IMG/VR virus record: IMGVR_UViG_3300037245_003639
Strand: one strand, 5' to 3'
DNA from: a virus
Length of the DNA: 64,000 bases
Position 1 is the stretch's first letter, and each line of letters starts with the position of its first letter. Both the position numbers and the translations under genes were made by a program. Under the pieces are notes generated by a model that had not been told where the DNA came from, did not search any database, and saw nothing but the letters and a program-made list of their open reading frames with translations. This document shows positions 59,513-64,000 of the stretch, piece by piece.

Positions 59513-61114
59513 ATGGCTACCAAACTTGGCAGAAAAGCGTATCCATCTGGCGTCAGCCCAGGCGATTTTGAGTGCTTTGGCCCAGTTGCTACAAAAGATG
59601 GTGAATTCGACGACGCCCGGCTCGCTGACCTGGGATGTTTCAACCAGGAAGGCGTAGATTCCAACAAATATTACCATGGGTCCATATGTAAAGCGAATGG
59701 CAAGTGGTATGTATACTTCCAGTGGGGACGGACGGGAGGCACGGGTGATTTCCAGTTCTTCGAGTGCTATGATGAGCATGATGCTCAGGAACAGTTCACC
59801 AAACAACTACGCTCGAAGAATGATAAACGGGGTGAATGGGTGATGAAAGGGGGACTCGGCAAAGTCCTCCGGGCCAAGCCCAATAAAGACTGCTATTTGG
59901 TTCGCCCGCTGGCTACCCGAGACGATACCAGCCCTGGATTGCCAGGAGCAATTGCTGTTACCACAGGTGACGTGAAGGTTAAGAAGACCGTCAAGAAAAC
60001 ATCGAAGAAGAAAACGAAAACTCCGTCTCGCACTTTCGATGCTGAAACGATCAGTCTCATGCGAGCAATGAATGTTGCTGCCGTCCAGTTTACAAAGAAA
60101 AGCATCCAAGGCGGCACCATTCCCACGCAAGCGTCTATCGAGGAAGCCCGAACGGTTCTTATCGAAGCCCAAAAACGGCTGGTCGTTGTAGGCGACAACG
60201 TAAAATCCCAAATCGCTGATACAGAGCTTCGCCAGTTGACCTATCACCTGTACGGCAGGGTTCCCAAAATCAAGCGGGTAGGAGCCCCCGAGAGCGAGTG
60301 GATTCTAAGCCAGGATAACATCTTTACTTGGACCGCTGACTTGGATGCGTTCGAAAACGCTCTGGCCGTTGCTACAGTCGAAATCGAGGAAACCCAAACT
60401 GACAAAGACCCGCTCGGTGGGATGAAGATCGACATGCGGCACCTGCCTCTCGGTGACAAGCAAGGTGATTTCATCCGTAAATGGATGCCTGACGCTTCGC
60501 TTGACCGCCATTCGTGGGTTGGGGACATGAAGATCAAACATGTTTGGGAAGTCACTCGCCACGATGACCCCAAACGATTTGCTGGAGCTATTGACCGAAT
60601 CACTAAGGGGCGAGTGGACACAAGGCATAAGCCAATCAAACAGCCCCGAAAGCGAATCGACTTGGACACTCAGGAAGCCAAGCGTTACGAGGCTGCCAAT
60701 GTCGGAATGCTTTTCCACGGCACTCGTAGCGTCAACGTCCCGGGCATCCTGCGCACAGGATTGCGTTTACCCAACCAACTTGTTGGCGTCGTCATTACAG
60801 GAGCCATGTTTGGCCCTGGTATTTATTGGGCTGACGACTGGAAGAAGAGTGCGGGATACACGAGCCTCAGTGGTTCATACTGGAGTTCTGGCAGCGGCGG
60901 GGTGCGCGGTCGCAAAGCATTTATGTTCGTGGCCGACGTTGCACTTGGGACTGCCCACGTAGCAAACGGATACCGTGGTTATACGGCGGCGCCAAGGGGC
61001 TGTCACTGTGTTTTCGGGAAAGCGGGTAGTAGCGGAGTTGCAAATAACGAGTGGATCGTCTATACTAACGAGCAAAATCGTCTTCGCTATCTCGTGGAGT
61101 TTGATGCCAAATAG
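59513..61114 (+). CDS. WGR-domain poly(ADP-ribose) polymerase-like protein
   Basis: WGR motif WYVYFQWGRTGGTG. The catalytic core LFHGTRSVNVPGILRTGLRLP...AMFGPGIYWADDWKKSAGY...NEWIVY parallels the PARP1 H-G-S / GKGIYFAD / YNEYIVY triad. Confidence 0.75.
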   Translation: MATKLGRKAYPSGVSPGDFECFGPVATKDGEFDDARLADLGCFNQEGVDSNKYYHGSICKANGKWYVYFQWGRTGGTGDFQFFECYDEHDAQEQFTKQLRSKNDKRGEWVMKGGLGKVLRAKPNKDCYLVRPLATRDDTSPGLPGAIAVTTGDVKVKKTVKKTSKKKTKTPSRTFDAETISLMRAMNVAAVQFTKKSIQGGTIPTQASIEEARTVLIEAQKRLVVVGDNVKSQIADTELRQLTYHLYGRVPKIKRVGAPESEWILSQDNIFTWTADLDAFENALAVATVEIEETQTDKDPLGGMKIDMRHLPLGDKQGDFIRKWMPDASLDRHSWVGDMKIKHVWEVTRHDDPKRFAGAIDRITKGRVDTRHKPIKQPRKRIDLDTQEAKRYEAANVGMLFHGTRSVNVPGILRTGLRLPNQLVGVVITGAMFGPGIYWADDWKKSAGYTSLSGSYWSSGSGGVRGRKAFMFVADVALGTAHVANGYRGYTAAPRGCHCVFGKAGSSGVANNEWIVYTNEQNRLRYLVEFDAK

Positions 61115-61180
61115 CGGTAGCGAGTGCGTCAGCGTAGACGGGCTCGTAGCGTTTTGTTTCACACAGCTTGGAGGTTAGTC

Positions 61181-62566
61181 ATGCCTTACGGAAATTCAGG
61201 ACCAGCAATCTCAAAACGCACCATTTTCGGAGGTGCAGCGGCAGTCTTCTGCATTATTATTTTAGTTGTCGTCCTCATAGGCGGCTTCGGGATGAACAAT
61301 CTCAGCGACTGGCAGGTCAAACAGAGCATCAATGGCCACATTACGGTCATTGACAACCCCGGCTGGTACATGAAGATGTTCGCCAGCGTTTGGACGTATC
61401 CCCGTGCCTATCAGACCGAATACGGCACTGGTGATGATGACAGCGGCAACCAGACAGTGCGGGTCACCTTCAACGACGGCGGTACGGCTCAAGTTAGTTC
61501 GATGATCCGTTTCGGCACGCCCAAGAGGGAAGAGACCCGCTTGCTCTCTCACCGAGAATTTGGCAGCATCGGAAACATTGCCTCCTCTGTGCGAGCCCAT
61601 CTGGTAAACTGCATGAAGGCGTCCGCGCCGTTGATGTCGTCATCGGAACACCAATCGGCGCGTAAAGCCGAGTTCACGCAGATTGTGGACGATATGCTCC
61701 GCAAGGGCATCTACCAGATGCGACAGGTCGAGACGCAACTGAAAGATCAGACAGACGAAACCGGTGCTCCAATCACAGTCATGGCTACCGAAGTCATACG
61801 TGATGAAAACGGCCTGCCAGAGATCGCCCAAACATCGCCGTTACTCACCTACGATATCGAAGTCTTGCAGTTTTCGATCACTTCGACCAACTATGACGAG
61901 ATCACCTTGCAGAAGTTCGCAGCCAAGAAAGAATCGTACCTGCGGGCTGAGCAGTCCAAGGCCGAACGTGAGGAAGAAGTTCAGCAGCGATTGATGGTTA
62001 TCGAGAAGGGCAAACGCGAACTCGCCGAAGTTGAAGCTGCGGCAAATAAAGAGATGATGACTGCCACAGTTAACGCCGAGCGAGACGCCAGCGTTGCCAG
62101 AATCGATGCCCAGAAGAAAGTCACAGTGGCAGAGCAAACTAAGCTTGAAGCTGAGACTGCTGCCAGTCAAAAGGTTGCAGTGGCCGAACTTCAACTCGCA
62201 GAGGCTAAGCTGATTGCCCAATCTGCTGATGAACAAGCCAAGGCCATCCGCGTCCTGGCGGCTGCTGAGGAAGAGAAGATTCAAAAGGGTGGAGCCATCA
62301 CCGAACACGAGCGTGTCCTCGCCCAAATCGAATGGGACGGACGAGCCAAGGTAATGGAAGCCTTCGCTCAGATGAGCCCAAACACGCTTGTTCCCAGCGT
62401 TATGATCGACGGCGGGGGCGGCGCGGGATCTGGTACCAGCATGAAAGATGATCTGATTGTTCTTAAGCTTCTGCAAGAACTTGGCATGCTCAATATGTCC
62501 CAGGCACGCCCTGGTGCTGGAAAGATGATTCCCAGCAGCGCGGCAGCTCCTGAGATCAGCGAGTAG
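61181..62566 (+). CDS. SPFH/flotillin-like membrane protein
   Basis: N-terminal TM helix, a band-7-like region, then a long Ala/Glu-rich coiled coil (EAE repeats) as in flotillin or YqiK. Confidence 0.55.
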   Translation: MPYGNSGPAISKRTIFGGAAAVFCIIILVVVLIGGFGMNNLSDWQVKQSINGHITVIDNPGWYMKMFASVWTYPRAYQTEYGTGDDDSGNQTVRVTFNDGGTAQVSSMIRFGTPKREETRLLSHREFGSIGNIASSVRAHLVNCMKASAPLMSSSEHQSARKAEFTQIVDDMLRKGIYQMRQVETQLKDQTDETGAPITVMATEVIRDENGLPEIAQTSPLLTYDIEVLQFSITSTNYDEITLQKFAAKKESYLRAEQSKAEREEEVQQRLMVIEKGKRELAEVEAAANKEMMTATVNAERDASVARIDAQKKVTVAEQTKLEAETAASQKVAVAELQLAEAKLIAQSADEQAKAIRVLAAAEEEKIQKGGAITEHERVLAQIEWDGRAKVMEAFAQMSPNTLVPSVMIDGGGGAGSGTSMKDDLIVLKLLQELGMLNMSQARPGAGKMIPSSAAAPEISE

Positions 62567-62587
62567 TAAAACACCTGGGAGGTTGCC

Positions 62588-62947
62588 ATGCGAATGTTCG
62601 CTTACCTTATACTGCTGGGAATCGCTGCTTTGATTTCCTTCCTGGCCTGGATTATTATCTTGGCCAAGAGAGAATATCAGTACAAGCGGCAATTCAGACA
62701 AGCCCTGGACCGTGAACAGTCGAAGCGTGATACCATCTGGAAAGAGGCGAGAGCCATTACGGATATGGTGAACCTGTACATGGGCGTGGTCTGCAAACAC
62801 GGCCCAAATTCGCCAACGGCAAAGGCTTTCCGCTTCGGAACAGATAGTAAGCTGATGAAGAAGCTCCACGGTGACGATGAGGCTATGGAGGCGTTCAATC
62901 AGCAATGTGACATCATTGACGCTACTTACCGACAAGCTGTGAGATGA
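62588..62947 (+). CDS. membrane-anchored hypothetical protein
   Basis: N-terminal TM, 119 aa, GGAGG RBS. Confidence 0.45.
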   Translation: MRMFAYLILLGIAALISFLAWIIILAKREYQYKRQFRQALDREQSKRDTIWKEARAITDMVNLYMGVVCKHGPNSPTAKAFRFGTDSKLMKKLHGDDEAMEAFNQQCDIIDATYRQAVR

Positions 62948-63333
62948 TGACAACGAACCCAAAAATCAAGTTCGTTTGTCCCACCTGTAGGGAAGATCGA
63001 ATTGTTGAACTTCGCTCTCAGGTGGACCTTAAAACCGAAGTGGCGGGGGTCTTTGTAACAAGAGACCCCGCCACCAATGGGACTAAGTGCAGTCTCGAAC
63101 AGGGTAATGAAGGCGGACGTACTGACGGAAAAGTAACTGGCTTCTGTTGTGACGCCTGCGGGTTTATCATCAAAACCCAACGACGACTTCTCGGGACGTG
63201 GCAGCGCAAACATTACAATAAGCCCGAGTTTTCAACCCCGAAACCAATTACCACCCCCAGAGGCTTGTATCTTTGGCTGAAACGCAACAATATGATCGAG
63301 GAGCCAGAAAATGCAATTGCAACTACCGCCTAG
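62944..63333 (+). CDS. zinc-ribbon protein
   Basis: CPTCRED...CCDACG. Confidence 0.45.
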   Translation: MMTTNPKIKFVCPTCREDRIVELRSQVDLKTEVAGVFVTRDPATNGTKCSLEQGNEGGRTDGKVTGFCCDACGFIIKTQRRLLGTWQRKHYNKPEFSTPKPITTPRGLYLWLKRNNMIEEPENAIATTA

Positions 63334-63559
63334 CGCCATCTTCGGGATTATTCTTTTCGCTCTATCATTCGTCCATTTAATTGCAGCCATAATAATGGGT
63401 CAGATAGCTGCCAAAAAGCAAGGGGAGCACGTAGGCGACTATGGCTGGACAATCGGCTGCGTTGTATCCGCTATCGGAGCACTAGTCTACGGGATTTTGT
63501 TTGCCCGGTTCCTGTACAACCTAGGCGAGAGTTTCTTTGGTCATTCATGTACAATCTAG
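63311..63559 (+). CDS. small membrane protein
   Basis: Two TM helices. Confidence 0.4.
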   Translation: MQLQLPPSAIFGIILFALSFVHLIAAIIMGQIAAKKQGEHVGDYGWTIGCVVSAIGALVYGILFARFLYNLGESFFGHSCTI

Positions 63560-63584
63560 GTCTGCGATTTCGGGCAGAAAATCC

Positions 63585-63613
63585 TTGACAATCTCTGGTT
63601 AATGTCTTAGTGT
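63585..63613 (+). promoter_or_regulatory. sigma70-type promoter (TTGACA-17-TAGTGT)
   Basis: atccTTGACAatctctggttaatgtctTAGTGT. Confidence 0.5.
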
Positions 63614-63651
63614 ATGCTCTGACGAAACATTACTCTAACCGGAGCGATACA

Positions 63652-64000
63652 ATGGACAGCGCGGTTCTCAAGCAGCGGGTTCGTGATGCGGTTTTTGAGA
63701 AGATCGAGGGCCGCGTGGCCTTCACGAACGTAGACATCAGCCATCCCATCATTTCCGACGATTCCAGCGTTCGTCACAGGGAAGTGCGGGCCGAAATCGA
63801 CGCTTTATGGGATGCCGGGGAAATCCAAAACGAAGAGTATACGGCATCCACCATCACAGTCTACCCGAAGCCCAGCAAGCCGGTTGGAGCGCGACTGTTC
63901 CACCCTGACGAGCCCGACTACGACCCCGACGAATATACCGCCACTAACCAGGAACTCCATCGATCTGGCTCTGGAACTTCCCCTACTCTCTCAGCCCCCG
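63652..64000 (+). CDS. hypothetical protein, N-terminal fragment (runs off the right edge)
   Basis: ATG at 63652 behind a GGAG RBS. No stop before the window end. Confidence 0.45.
   Translation, partial: MDSAVLKQRVRDAVFEKIEGRVAFTNVDISHPIISDDSSVRHREVRAEIDALWDAGEIQNEEYTASTITVYPKPSKPVGARLFHPDEPDYDPDEYTATNQELHRSGSGTSPTLSAP

Noticed and set aside
1-64000. CRISPR arrays
   Set aside because: No regularly spaced direct repeats of 24-48 bp were seen. The only iterated element is the promoter motif, which has variable spacing and gene-linked orientation.

Overview
The window reads as accessory or early-region DNA of a large bacteriophage or phage-like mobile element, not a cellular chromosome segment. 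About 100 mostly small genes are tightly packed. Nearly all are on the minus strand from 1 to about 52.05 kb, and the strand switches to plus from about 52.2 kb to the window end. No capsid, portal, terminase or tail genes are recognisable in the window.

The dominant sequence signal is a highly iterated promoter of at least 28 copies, seen mostly as ATTGTCAAGG on the + strand because it drives minus-strand genes. It has an extended consensus, in gene orientation CC-TTGACA-ATCT-(N13)-TAnnnT, with an exact -35 TTGACA, a 17-bp spacer and -10 boxes such as TATACT, TAGCAT or TAATAT. Some copies have a conserved leader (CTGCGTAGCA...AAAGGGAGA), some are leaderless, and some sit directly behind hairpin-plus-U-tract terminators. 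Two of these promoters drive related tRNA-like small RNAs rather than ORFs.

Recognisable gene content includes:
- an NAD+/ADP-ribose set: WGR-PARP, macro domain, NUDIX ADP-ribose pyrophosphatase, NAD kinase and a nicotinamidase/isochorismatase-family hydrolase;
- an RNA-repair set: RtcB, a T4-type polynucleotide kinase-phosphatase, a minimal KxDGxR ligase and a 2H phosphoesterase;
- a eukaryotic-like Ser/Thr kinase with a PP2C phosphatase and a nearby vWA protein (TerY-P-like triad);
- a GHKL ATPase fused to an HExxH segment, in an operon with a radical SAM enzyme and NadK;
- an AAA+ ATPase whose Walker A P-loop is split by a LAGLIDADG intein;
- a 1237-aa protein carrying a GH108 lysozyme, a peptidoglycan-binding domain and two PARP-like HGT..GIL segments;
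- two signal-peptide proteins with C-terminal dockerin repeats, and prepilin-like proteins, which point to a Planctomycetes-type host;
- sigma-70 region-4 proteins and a possible FlgM-like protein;
- a J-domain protein, GT2 and GT8 glycosyltransferases, an HNH endonuclease, and many zinc-ribbon and small membrane proteins.

Coordinates of trimmed starts are my re-estimates from the ORF track; promoter coordinates are accurate to about 1-2 bp.
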